DNA of 64,000 bases from Syntrophaceae bacterium UBA2251 (GTDB lineage: Bacteria; Desulfobacterota; Syntrophia; Syntrophales; UBA2251): positions 9,581-73,580 of the forward strand of contig DDXV01000018.1 in NCBI GenBank assembly GCA_002347815.1, read 5' to 3'. The notes below the pieces were generated by a model that was given only the letters and a program-made list of their open reading frames with translations, did no database searches and was not told the DNA's origin. Shown piece by piece: positions 48,918 to 57,159 of the stretch (positions are counted from its first letter, which is position 1; every line of letters begins with the position of its first letter). The translations under genes were made by a program, and so were the position numbers.

Positions 48918-50789
48918 ATGTCCCTCGAGCAAGAAACCACGGAGACCCGTCTCATGGCCAAGAACATTCTCTCCCTGGGCAGGAAGGAACTCGTCGAGAA
49001 GCTGTGGGCCGCCGACCCGCAGATCCGGAGGATCCTCGCCGGCTCCAAGCACGTCGAGGAGGCGCGCCATATCCTGTTCGACCACTTCAACCAGCTCAAC
49101 CGCTCGATGTTCAACATGAAGCCGGACACCCCCTACGCCACCATGAATTCCATCGAAAAGAGAAACGCCAAGGAATGCCTCCGCGTCTTCTCCAACACCA
49201 TCCGGACGGAAAACGAACACCTGACCGGCGCCTCGCCGCTCACCGGCCTCTACGACCTGGCCCAGAACCGCCCGGGGGCGCTGGAGCAGGTCAGCGAGGC
49301 CTTCCTGTGCGAGTACCTCGCCTTCTTCAAGGGCATCACCGGCAAGGCCGGCAAGCAACCGAAAATCCCGGAACTCCTGAGGGCCGCGGACGGCCGGTCG
49401 GCCGCCCAAGACCGTTCCGCGGCGACGGCCCGTTCGCGGCAGCTCGACGCCTACTCGGCCATCATGCGGCGCTACCGCCGGCGCTACCGGACCGGATTCG
49501 ACGCCGCCCTGATCCGGCAGCGGCGGAAGCTCAAGGCGGAGATCCTCGCGCACTTCGGGGCCTCGGAGGCCGACTGGCGGGACCCCCGGTGGCATCTCAA
49601 GCACATCCTGACGGATCTCGACACGATCGCCCGGCTCGTCCGGCTCGACGACGACGAGACGGCGGGGCTCGCGATGGCGGCGGAAAAGGGCATCCCCGTG
49701 GAGATCACCCCCTATTACCTGTCCCTGTTCAACGCCTCGGGACGCACCGACGAGGACCGTCAGATCCGCGCCCAGGTCCTGCCGTCCGTCCGGTACTGCG
49801 CCAGCGTCGCGGCCAACCGGGAGCAGGGCGTCGACATGGACTTCATGCAGGAGCGCTCGACGAGCCCCGTCGACGGAATTACCCGCCGGTACCCGAAGGT
49901 CGTGATCCTGAAGCCCTTCAACGCCTGTCCGCAAATCTGCGTCTATTGCCAGCGCAACTGGGAGGTGAAGCAGATCGACGACCCCGCGATGCTGACCCCG
50001 GAGGCGCTCCGCGAGGCCGTCGCGTGGATCCGCGACAACGACCACATCAGCGAGGTCCTGGTGACCGGCGGCGACCCCCTGTGCCTGGACAACCGCCGTC
50101 TGGAATGGATCGTCGAGCAACTGGCCCACATCCCCCACGTCGAGCGCATCCGGATCAGCACCCGCGTTCCGGTCACCCTTCCCTTCCGGATCGATGACGG
50201 CTTCCTCGAGATCCTGAAGAAATACCACGAATGGGGCCGCCGGGAGATCTGCATCTCAACCCATTTCGAGCACGCCGCGGAGCTGACGCCCGAGGCCCTC
50301 GAGGCGGTCAAACGGATCAAGGCCCTGGGCGTCAACGTTTACAATCAGCACGTCTTCACGTACTACAACAGCCGCCGCTTCGAGCTCTGCCTGCTCCGGC
50401 GGATGCTGAAGCTCTCCGGAATCGACCCCTACTACACCTTCAACACGATGGGGAAGGAGGAGACGGCGGACTTCCGGGTCCCGATGGCCCGCATCGAGCA
50501 GGAGCGGAAGGAGGAGGCCCGCCTCCTGCCCGGCGTTGTCCGGACGGACGAACCGGTCTTCAACGTCCCCCGCCTGGGAAAGTCGAACCTCCGAGCCTGG
50601 CAGGACCACGAAATCATCATGATCCTGCCCGACGGCCGCCGGGTGTACCGCTTCTACACCTGGGAGGCGCGGATCACGACGAATTTCGACTATCTCTACA
50701 CGGACGTCTCCATCTACGACTACCTGAAGCGGCTGGCCGCGGACGGTGAAAACATCAGCGACTACAAGTCGATCTGGTACTACTTCTGA
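48918..50789 (+). CDS. KamA-family (lysine-2,3-aminomutase-like) radical SAM/PLP enzyme with ~200-aa N-terminal extension
   Basis: Core motifs are EADWRDPRWHLKHIL, ITPYYLSLF, CPQICVYC (49926-49949), VLVTGGDPL and PRLGK. The core starts near codon 226 of the track ORF. Start uncertain: TTG 48891, ATG 48918, or ATG 48954 after GGAG. Confidence 0.85.
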   Translation: MSLEQETTETRLMAKNILSLGRKELVEKLWAADPQIRRILAGSKHVEEARHILFDHFNQLNRSMFNMKPDTPYATMNSIEKRNAKECLRVFSNTIRTENEHLTGASPLTGLYDLAQNRPGALEQVSEAFLCEYLAFFKGITGKAGKQPKIPELLRAADGRSAAQDRSAATARSRQLDAYSAIMRRYRRRYRTGFDAALIRQRRKLKAEILAHFGASEADWRDPRWHLKHILTDLDTIARLVRLDDDETAGLAMAAEKGIPVEITPYYLSLFNASGRTDEDRQIRAQVLPSVRYCASVAANREQGVDMDFMQERSTSPVDGITRRYPKVVILKPFNACPQICVYCQRNWEVKQIDDPAMLTPEALREAVAWIRDNDHISEVLVTGGDPLCLDNRRLEWIVEQLAHIPHVERIRISTRVPVTLPFRIDDGFLEILKKYHEWGRREICISTHFEHAAELTPEALEAVKRIKALGVNVYNQHVFTYYNSRRFELCLLRRMLKLSGIDPYYTFNTMGKEETADFRVPMARIEQERKEEARLLPGVVRTDEPVFNVPRLGKSNLRAWQDHEIIMILPDGRRVYRFYTWEARITTNFDYLYTDVSIYDYLKRLAADGENISDYKSIWYYF

Positions 50790-50800
50790 GAAATCTGACG

Positions 50801-51673
50801 ATGAATGCAAAAACAGCCCTCCCCCCGCTTCGGAAGCCCCCCTGGCTGAAGGTCCGCCTGCCGGGCGGCGAGGAGGACCGCCGGATCGCGCGCACCCTCG
50901 CCGAACTCCGCCTCCACAGCGTCTGCCAGGAGGCCCTCTGCCCCAACCGGGGCGAGTGCTTCCAGGCGGGAACGGCCACGTTTCTCATCCTGGGCGACAC
51001 CTGCACGCGCGGCTGCCGATACTGTCACATCCGCCAGGGGACACCCGCGCCGGTGGACGCCGACGAGCCGGAGCGTCTCGTGGAGGCCGTCCGCACCCTC
51101 GGGCTCCGCTACGTCGTCATCACCTCCGTCACCCGGGACGACCTGCCCGACGGGGGCGCGGGACATTTCGCCCATTGCATCCACCTGCTGCGCACGCGCC
51201 TCCCGGACTGCCGCATCGAGGTCCTGATCCCGGATCTCCAGGGAAGCCGCGCGGCGCTGGAGCGGATCATCGACGCCGGACCGGAGGTGATCAATCACAA
51301 CATCGAGGTCGCCAGATCCCTGTTTCCGGCCCTCCGCCCGCGGGGGGACTACAAACGCTCCCTGCGGCTGCTGGCCGCCCTTCACCCTCACCGGGACATC
51401 GTCAGCAAGTCCGGCTTCATGATCGGCCTAGGCGAGACCCGGGACGCCATCGTCGCCCTGCTCCACGACCTGGCCACCGTCCGCTGTCAGCGCGTCACGA
51501 TCGGCCAGTACCAGCAGCCGACGCGCCGTCACTGGCCCGTTGCCCGGTACTACCCCCCCGCCGAATTCGCCGAAATCAGGGAAATCGCGCTGGGACTTGG
51601 CTTCCGTCACGTCGAGGCGGGGCCGCTCGTGCGCAGTTCCTACCATGCCGCCATCTTTTCCCTTGACGGTTGA
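50801..51673 (+). CDS. lipA: lipoyl synthase
   Basis: CQEALCPNRGEC (auxiliary cluster), CTRGCRYC (radical SAM), and RSSY near the C-terminus. Confidence 0.95.
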   Translation: MNAKTALPPLRKPPWLKVRLPGGEEDRRIARTLAELRLHSVCQEALCPNRGECFQAGTATFLILGDTCTRGCRYCHIRQGTPAPVDADEPERLVEAVRTLGLRYVVITSVTRDDLPDGGAGHFAHCIHLLRTRLPDCRIEVLIPDLQGSRAALERIIDAGPEVINHNIEVARSLFPALRPRGDYKRSLRLLAALHPHRDIVSKSGFMIGLGETRDAIVALLHDLATVRCQRVTIGQYQQPTRRHWPVARYYPPAEFAEIREIALGLGFRHVEAGPLVRSSYHAAIFSLDG

Positions 51674-51844
51674 ATCGTTTGGATATATTCATTAATCGTC
51701 GTTTCAGGGTCGTTCCTGCTCAATCTTGCCGCCTGACCTTCCGCGTCGCGGGATCGGTGCAGGGCCTTTTTTCACGTGCGGACGGATGAATGCGCGGGAG
51801 AGACGCTATCCCCCGGGCAGCGTTGCCGGCTCATGAGGTGTGCA

Positions 51845-52738
51845 ATGGACGAGACTCAGCAGGGTCAAGCCCCGGACGGGCTTTTCCCCCCCGACTGGAT
51901 CAAGGCGGGGGCGGATCTGTGGACCTCGCTCCTGAAAATGGTGCCGCCCCCGACGGGGACCGCGGCGGGGCCCTCCACCCAGAAACCGCCGCGCAACCGG
52001 TCCCTCGAATCGATGGAAACGGCCCTCAAGATGTGGCAGTCGCTCTCGACCACGATGAGCGATCCGGCCGTGGCCAGCGCCGCATCGAAGAGTCTTGACG
52101 CCCTCCCCGACCTGTTTCTCAAGGTCGCCGAAGCCTCCTGGGACACCTGCTTTCAGATTCAGAAGGGCAACATCGAGAAGGCCGGCAAGATCGGCAGGAA
52201 GGTCGAGGCCTACCACTTCGAGAACCTGGACCAGGAGTTCTTCAAGACGCTGAAGGACATCTACGAAAAAGAGATCCGTCAGTTCTTTTACATCCCCCAG
52301 CTGGGTCTGACCCGATTCTATCAGGAGCGGATGAACCTGCTCTTCGACAAGCTCGCCTTGCTCAAGGCAACGAGCGCGGAATTCTTTTCCCTGCTCAACC
52401 TCCCCTTCGAGCAGACCGCCAAGGTGATGCAGCAGGAGGTTGAAAAGCTGGCGCAGCAGGGGAAGGTTCCGAAGCAGGCCAAGGAGTACTACAACCTGTG
52501 GGTCAAGATCCTTGAAGGCCATTTCATGACGCTCTTCAAGTCGCCGGAGTACAACCAGGCACTCGGCGAGATGTTCAATCAGCTGTCGGAATTCATTATC
52601 GCCAAAAACGAGGTTGTTCAGGATATCCTGCAGCTCCTGCCCGTGCCCACCCACAAGGAAGTCGACGCGCTCTACCGGGATCTTCACCAGTTGAAAAAGC
52701 GGGTGCGGGAGCTGGAGAGGCAATTGAACCCGGATTGA
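51845..52738 (+). CDS. phaE: class III PHA synthase subunit PhaE
   Basis: Start trimmed to MDETQQG. Contains YIPQLGLTRFYQE and C-terminal LPVPTHKEVDALYRDLHQLKKRVRELE, typical of PhaE. Directly upstream of phaC. Confidence 0.8.
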   Translation: MDETQQGQAPDGLFPPDWIKAGADLWTSLLKMVPPPTGTAAGPSTQKPPRNRSLESMETALKMWQSLSTTMSDPAVASAASKSLDALPDLFLKVAEASWDTCFQIQKGNIEKAGKIGRKVEAYHFENLDQEFFKTLKDIYEKEIRQFFYIPQLGLTRFYQERMNLLFDKLALLKATSAEFFSLLNLPFEQTAKVMQQEVEKLAQQGKVPKQAKEYYNLWVKILEGHFMTLFKSPEYNQALGEMFNQLSEFIIAKNEVVQDILQLLPVPTHKEVDALYRDLHQLKKRVRELERQLNPD

Positions 52739-52771
52739 GGGTGCGCGGCCGCCCGGCGAGGAGAGACGCTT

Positions 52772-54007
52772 ATGGATCAGCCCAAGATTCCCCTCGATCT
52801 CATTCTGGCCAGCCTGGCCGAAGACACGGAAAAGGCGCAGGCGCGGGTCACCAAGGTGTCGGAGGTCCTGCTCAGCGAGCTGTCGACCGAGATCGCGTCC
52901 ACGCCCTATGACGTCGTCTACGAGGAAGACCGCGTCAGGCTGAAGCACTACCGCCTCGAAGGCGAGGCCAGGCTCAAGACCCCCCTCCTGGTCGTTTACG
53001 CCCTGATCAACCGCGAAACCATGCTGGATCTCCAGCCGGACCGGAGCGTGGTCAAGAACTTCCTCCGGGACGGCATCGACCTCTACATGGTCGATTGGGG
53101 CTATCCCTCCCGGAAGGACCGGTTTCTCACCATCGACGATCACGTCAACGGCTATCTGGATCATGCGGTGGATTTCATCCGCAGGAAGCACAACCTGCCC
53201 CGGATCAACCTCATGGGAATCTGCATGGGCGGTTCGTTCTGCGTCATGTACGCCGCGCTCCACGCGGAAAAGGTCAAGAACCTGATCACGACGGTGACGC
53301 CGACCCACTTCGACACCGACACCGGCCTGCTCCACATCTGGATGAAGGCCCTCGACGCCGACCGGATCGTCGACACCTTCGGAAACATCCCGGCGGATCT
53401 GATGAACCTGGGGTTTCTGCTGTTGAACCCGGCCCGCCTCATGATCGACAAATACATCGGTTTCCTGGAGAACGCGGACAACAAGCCCTTCGTGGAAAAC
53501 TTCGTCCGCATGGAGAAGTGGATCTTCGACAGCCCCGACGTCCCCGGCGAGACCTTCCGGCAGTTCATCAACGACTGCTACAAGAAGAATCTCCTGATCC
53601 AGAGCAAGATGAAACTGGGCGGCAAACGGGTCGATCTCAAGAAAATCACGATGCCGCTTCTGAACTTCTACGGCATGTACGATCACCTGGTCCCGCCGGC
53701 GGCCTGCGAACAGCTCACCCGGCACGTCGGCAGCCGGGATACGGAGGACGTCAATCTCGATACCGGCCATATCGGGATCTATGTCAGTTCCAAGAGCCAG
53801 CGGGAATTTGCACCCAAAATCGCGCGCTGGCTGATGGAAAGGGACGAGCCGGACGGACGGCCGGCATCGAAAGGGGCGGCGATCGTCAATTTCACCCCCG
53901 GGAAAGCGGCGGGGGGGAAGGGCCGGCCGGCCCCGGCGCGCCCCCCGAAGAAAAAAAGGCTTCAGGGGGAGAGACTCCGGCCGGCAAAGCGGGCGGTGAA
54001 TAAATAA
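52772..54007 (+). CDS. phaC: class III PHA synthase catalytic subunit PhaC with C-terminal basic extension
   Basis: PLLVVYALINR, DWGYP, lipase-box GICMGG with the catalytic Cys, and GHIGIYVS. A 54-aa Lys/Arg/Pro/Ala/Gly-rich tail is added after WLMER. Confidence 0.9.
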   Translation: MDQPKIPLDLILASLAEDTEKAQARVTKVSEVLLSELSTEIASTPYDVVYEEDRVRLKHYRLEGEARLKTPLLVVYALINRETMLDLQPDRSVVKNFLRDGIDLYMVDWGYPSRKDRFLTIDDHVNGYLDHAVDFIRRKHNLPRINLMGICMGGSFCVMYAALHAEKVKNLITTVTPTHFDTDTGLLHIWMKALDADRIVDTFGNIPADLMNLGFLLLNPARLMIDKYIGFLENADNKPFVENFVRMEKWIFDSPDVPGETFRQFINDCYKKNLLIQSKMKLGGKRVDLKKITMPLLNFYGMYDHLVPPAACEQLTRHVGSRDTEDVNLDTGHIGIYVSSKSQREFAPKIARWLMERDEPDGRPASKGAAIVNFTPGKAAGGKGRPAPARPPKKKRLQGERLRPAKRAVNK

Positions 54008-54071
54008 AGCGGTCTTTAGAGGGAAGCCTTCCCCCCGCAACGGATGGCAGAAACGAGACAGGAGAGATCCC

Positions 54072-55118
54072 ATGACCAAGCAAAACAATTATTTCAGGAC
54101 CATCGTCAAGATCGGCCTGGCCCTGGGAACGACCCTGGAACGGGACAAGATCCTGCAGCTGATCGTTCAGGGCGTCCTCGAGGCCATGGGGGGCAAGGCG
54201 GCCTGCCTTTTCCTGATGGATGAGGAGAAGGGAACCTACGTCCCCGTCGCCCAGACGGGCCTTTCAAAAAATTATGTCCATGCGGGACTGGCGCACGTCA
54301 AGAAGGAAATCCCCCTCCTCCTGAAAAAGGGGTGCCTCCACTTCCGCGACGCCGCTTCCGATCCCGGGGTGGAAAACCGGGAGACGAAGAGGGCGGAAGG
54401 CATCGCCTCCATTCTGGTGGTTCCGGTCCGGGTCAAAGGCCGTTTCATCGGCACCCTCTCGCTGTATACGGCCAAGGTGAGGGATTTCTCCGCCGAGGAG
54501 ATCGAATTCCTGACGGTTCTGGCCGAGCAGGGCGGGGTTGCGGTCGAAACCGCGCGGCTGGTCGAAAGGCTGCGGGAGAACACCCGGATCTTCCTCGATC
54601 TGGCCGCCAGCATCAACTCCAGCCTCGACATCAAGGACATCCTCCAGACCCTGAGCTGCAAGGTCTCCCAGGCCATCGGGGTCAAGGCGGCCTCGATCCG
54701 CCTGCTGGACGAGGAGAGCAACACCCTGAAACTCGTCGCCAGTTGCGGACTCAGCGAGAAGTACCTCAACAAGGGGCCGATTTCCGCGGAGAAGAGCATC
54801 GCCGAAGCCCTGAAGGGAAAGCCGGTGGTCGTCCGGAACGCCTCGACGGACAAGGGCGTCCAGTACAAGAAGGAAAAAAAGGCGGAGGGCATCGTCACCA
54901 TCCTGAGCGTTCCCATCAAGTCGAAGGAACGGGTGATCGGCGTTCTCCGGCTGTACAGCGCCGTGGCCCGCGAGTTTACGGAGGATGAGATCCTGCTGGT
55001 CACCGCCCTGGCCTACCAGGGGGGACTGGCCATCCAGAACGCCGGCCTCTACCTGATGCTCAAGAGCGACATGAAGGAACTCAAGGATGAAATCTGGAGT
55101 CACCGCTGCTGGTTTTAG
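54072..55118 (+). CDS. tandem GAF-domain protein (no output domain)
   Basis: Two similar halves (ILQLIVQGVLEAMGGKAACLFLMDEE... and ILQTLSCKVSQAIGVKAASIRLLDEE...). Each ends with a GAF-like V(P/V).K...IGVL.LY...F...E...L..LA.QGG.A..NA pattern. Confidence 0.8.
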   Translation: MTKQNNYFRTIVKIGLALGTTLERDKILQLIVQGVLEAMGGKAACLFLMDEEKGTYVPVAQTGLSKNYVHAGLAHVKKEIPLLLKKGCLHFRDAASDPGVENRETKRAEGIASILVVPVRVKGRFIGTLSLYTAKVRDFSAEEIEFLTVLAEQGGVAVETARLVERLRENTRIFLDLAASINSSLDIKDILQTLSCKVSQAIGVKAASIRLLDEESNTLKLVASCGLSEKYLNKGPISAEKSIAEALKGKPVVVRNASTDKGVQYKKEKKAEGIVTILSVPIKSKERVIGVLRLYSAVAREFTEDEILLVTALAYQGGLAIQNAGLYLMLKSDMKELKDEIWSHRCWF

Positions 55119-55147
55119 GCGCGATCGGGAAAGGGGGACAGGGGGAC

Positions 55148-55573
55148 ATGAACGGTAAGTCGATCGATCGGATCAAGGTGGGCGACGCCGCCGAATTTTC
55201 GAAGACCGTGACGGAAACGGACATCTATCTTTACGCCGGGATCACGGGGGATCTGAATCCCGCCCACATCAACGAGGCCTACGCCAAAAACACCTTCTTC
55301 AAAACCCGGATCGCCCACGGCATGTTCACCGCCGGCTTCATTTCGAACCTGCTGGGCATGCAGCTCCCCGGCCCCGGCACGATCTACCTGAAGCAGTCGC
55401 TCAGCTTTCTGGCGCCGGTCCGCTTCGGCGACACCGTCACCGCCCGGGCGGAGGTCATCGAAGTGCTGGCCGAGAAGAACCGTATCCGCCTGAAGACCAC
55501 GTGCACCAATCAGGACGGCGCCGTCGTTCTCGACGGCGAGGCCCTGGTCAGCCCGCCCAAGGCGAAGCCATAA
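55148..55573 (+). CDS. phaJ: MaoC-like (R)-specific enoyl-CoA hydratase
   Basis: 141-aa hot-dog fold with YAGITGDLNPAHINEAYA and RIAHGM. Confidence 0.8.
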   Translation: MNGKSIDRIKVGDAAEFSKTVTETDIYLYAGITGDLNPAHINEAYAKNTFFKTRIAHGMFTAGFISNLLGMQLPGPGTIYLKQSLSFLAPVRFGDTVTARAEVIEVLAEKNRIRLKTTCTNQDGAVVLDGEALVSPPKAKP

Positions 55574-55630
55574 GACCGACCGACCGCAGACCCCCGAAGC
55601 GTCAGGACGCAAGGCCCGGACGTTCGCCGT

Positions 55631-56146
55631 TCAGGATGTCGGGGGCCCTTCAAAGAGATCGGACGCGGTCTTCATGAGCGACTGGAATTCCTCATTCTGC
55701 TTGCGGATGACCTCCCGGAGCTGTTCCACCGTTTCCTCCGGGGAGGCGCCCGCTTTCCTTCGGCGCCGCCGTTTCAAACCCGCGATGGTCTTTTCCTGAC
55801 TCGCGACCTTTTCCTTCAGGGCCTCGCATTCGTCCTGAAGGGCCCGATAATCCTCTCGGGAAACCACGTCGAAGAGGGCGAGGAAGTCCTTGAGCGATTT
55901 CTCAAACGCCTCCGCCGACGCCTGCCACAGCTCCCCGCCCGGCAGGTCGCTTTCCGGCCGCCGCCCCCATCCGTCCATCCCGCGGAAGAACTCCGCGAAG
56001 GCGTCGGCGCCGCCGGCCCCCGGAGTCTGCGCGGGGAGCAGCCCCTCCCAGGGGTTCCGTCCCCGCGCCAGGGACGAAAAAAACCGGACCCAGAACTCAT
56101 AGAATCTTGCATCCATGACGTTTCCATCCTCCGGCAGAGCGGACAT
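55631..56146 (-). CDS. hypothetical PHA-locus protein, PhaE/phasin-like coiled-coil
   Basis: GC3-biased ORF. C-terminal DVVSREDYRALQDECEALKEKV resembles the PhaE tail motif (PTHKEVDALYRDLHQLKKRV). The start may be 56116 (MDARFYEFW). Confidence 0.55.
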   Translation of the reverse strand: MSALPEDGNVMDARFYEFWVRFFSSLARGRNPWEGLLPAQTPGAGGADAFAEFFRGMDGWGRRPESDLPGGELWQASAEAFEKSLKDFLALFDVVSREDYRALQDECEALKEKVASQEKTIAGLKRRRRRKAGASPEETVEQLREVIRKQNEEFQSLMKTASDLFEGPPTS

Positions 56147-56231
56147 CCGGCGGTGCGACGGCGGTCGTCGTCGCGATGCAGGGGAAGACCCTCGTCATAC
56201 CCCCGCTGGGAGAGGGTTACCGCCGGCGGCC

Positions 56232-56510
56232 CTATGCGCTCTTGCCCTTCTCCAGGCCGGCAAAGAACGCTTCGACCTTCTTGTAATTGTCGTCCGCCGC
56301 GGCCTTGAAGTCCTCGCGCCCCCGCTTGTAGGCCTTGAGCCAGTCATACAGGGCCTTCTTGCCTTCCGCGGGCATCCAGGCGCTCTGCTCGATCACGCTG
56401 TTCATCATCTTCTCCGCCTGATCCTGCAGCACCGTCATGGCGTTAAAGGTGTTATCGAAAGCGGCCTTGTTGAACTGCATCATCTGCTTCGCCATCTGTT
56501 TCGGTTCCAT
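56232..56510 (-). CDS. phasin-like small helical protein (paralog A)
   Basis: Start trimmed to MEPKQMAKQMMQFNKAAFDNTFNAM, with GGAGA 6 nt upstream. About half of residues are identical to paralog B. Confidence 0.7.
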   Translation of the reverse strand: MEPKQMAKQMMQFNKAAFDNTFNAMTVLQDQAEKMMNSVIEQSAWMPAEGKKALYDWLKAYKRGREDFKAAADDNYKKVEAFFAGLEKGKSA

Positions 56511-56580
56511 GTCATTCTCCTTTCGCCGGTTTTGCCCCCCTCCGGCCATCACTTCCCGGGCGGAGGTTCGTTATGCGATC

Positions 56581-56874
56581 CTATTTGCCCGCCTTCGCCC
56601 TGGGGGCCTTCTTCTCGATGGCGCCCAGATATTCTTCCACCTTCTTGTAGCTTTCGTTGACGCTGTCCTTGAACGTCTCTCGCCCTTCCTTGTAGGTCTT
56701 CAACCACTCGTTGACCGCCTGCTTCCCCTCGGCCGGGAACCACGACGACTGGTCCAAAAACATGCCGACCATCTTTTCCGTCTGCTCCTGGAGAATCTCC
56801 ACGGCATTGAAGGTGTTGTCGAACGTCGTTTTGTGAAATTCGATCATCTGCTTCGCAATCTTTTCCTGTTCCAT
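56581..56874 (-). CDS. phasin-like small helical protein (paralog B)
   Basis: MEQEKIAKQMIEFHKTTFDNTFNAVEILQEQTEKM. Strong GGAGG SD. Divergent from phaR. Confidence 0.7.
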   Translation of the reverse strand: MEQEKIAKQMIEFHKTTFDNTFNAVEILQEQTEKMVGMFLDQSSWFPAEGKQAVNEWLKTYKEGRETFKDSVNESYKKVEEYLGAIEKKAPRAKAGK

Positions 56875-56925
56875 TGTTGTTTCCTCCTTTTTGCGTTTTT
56901 TTCATTCCTGCCCAACGTCGGCCCT

Positions 56926-56953
56926 AATATAGCGTACCCGAACGATTTGTCAA
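56926..56953 (-). promoter_or_regulatory. candidate strong promoter of the phasin genes
   Basis: Minus strand reads TTGACA (56953-56948), a 16-nt spacer, then TATATT (56931-56926). Confidence 0.55.
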
Positions 56954-56962
56954 GCGGAAAAT

Positions 56963-56975
56963 GTTGCATTGCAAT
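56963..56975. promoter_or_regulatory. operator-like motif copy 1 (TGTTGCATTGCAA)
   Basis: Lies 10 nt upstream of the phasin -35. 12 of 13 positions are identical to copy 2. Confidence 0.45.
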
Positions 56976-57105
56976 AACAAGAATTTCCGCCTATCCTCTT
57001 GTGATTCGAGAGGAACATAATTTAATATCCATCATATTATCGAATGGATAAATGAGTTGATCGCTCCGAAGACAGAAAATATTTTCTCGCCCGACGATAT
57101 TTTTT

Positions 57106-57118
57106 TGTTGCATTGTAA
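57106..57118. promoter_or_regulatory. operator-like motif copy 2 (TGTTGCATTGTAA)
   Basis: Overlaps the candidate phaR -35 (TTGCAT 57108-57113, 17-nt spacer, TATGAA 57131-57136). Confidence 0.45.
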
Positions 57119-57159
57119 CCGATTCTCCGCTATGAACGCCAAGAGAAAGGAAAAGGACG

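Noticed and set aside
47277-50228. 983-aa minus-strand ORF, the longest in the window
   Set aside because: It is antisense to gcvPB and the KamA-like gene. The translation is featureless and R/G/D/V/P-rich, an artefact of high GC with GC3-biased genes.
51806-54088. 760-aa minus-strand ORF
   Set aside because: It is antisense to phaE and phaC, which carry diagnostic motifs such as the GICMGG lipase box.
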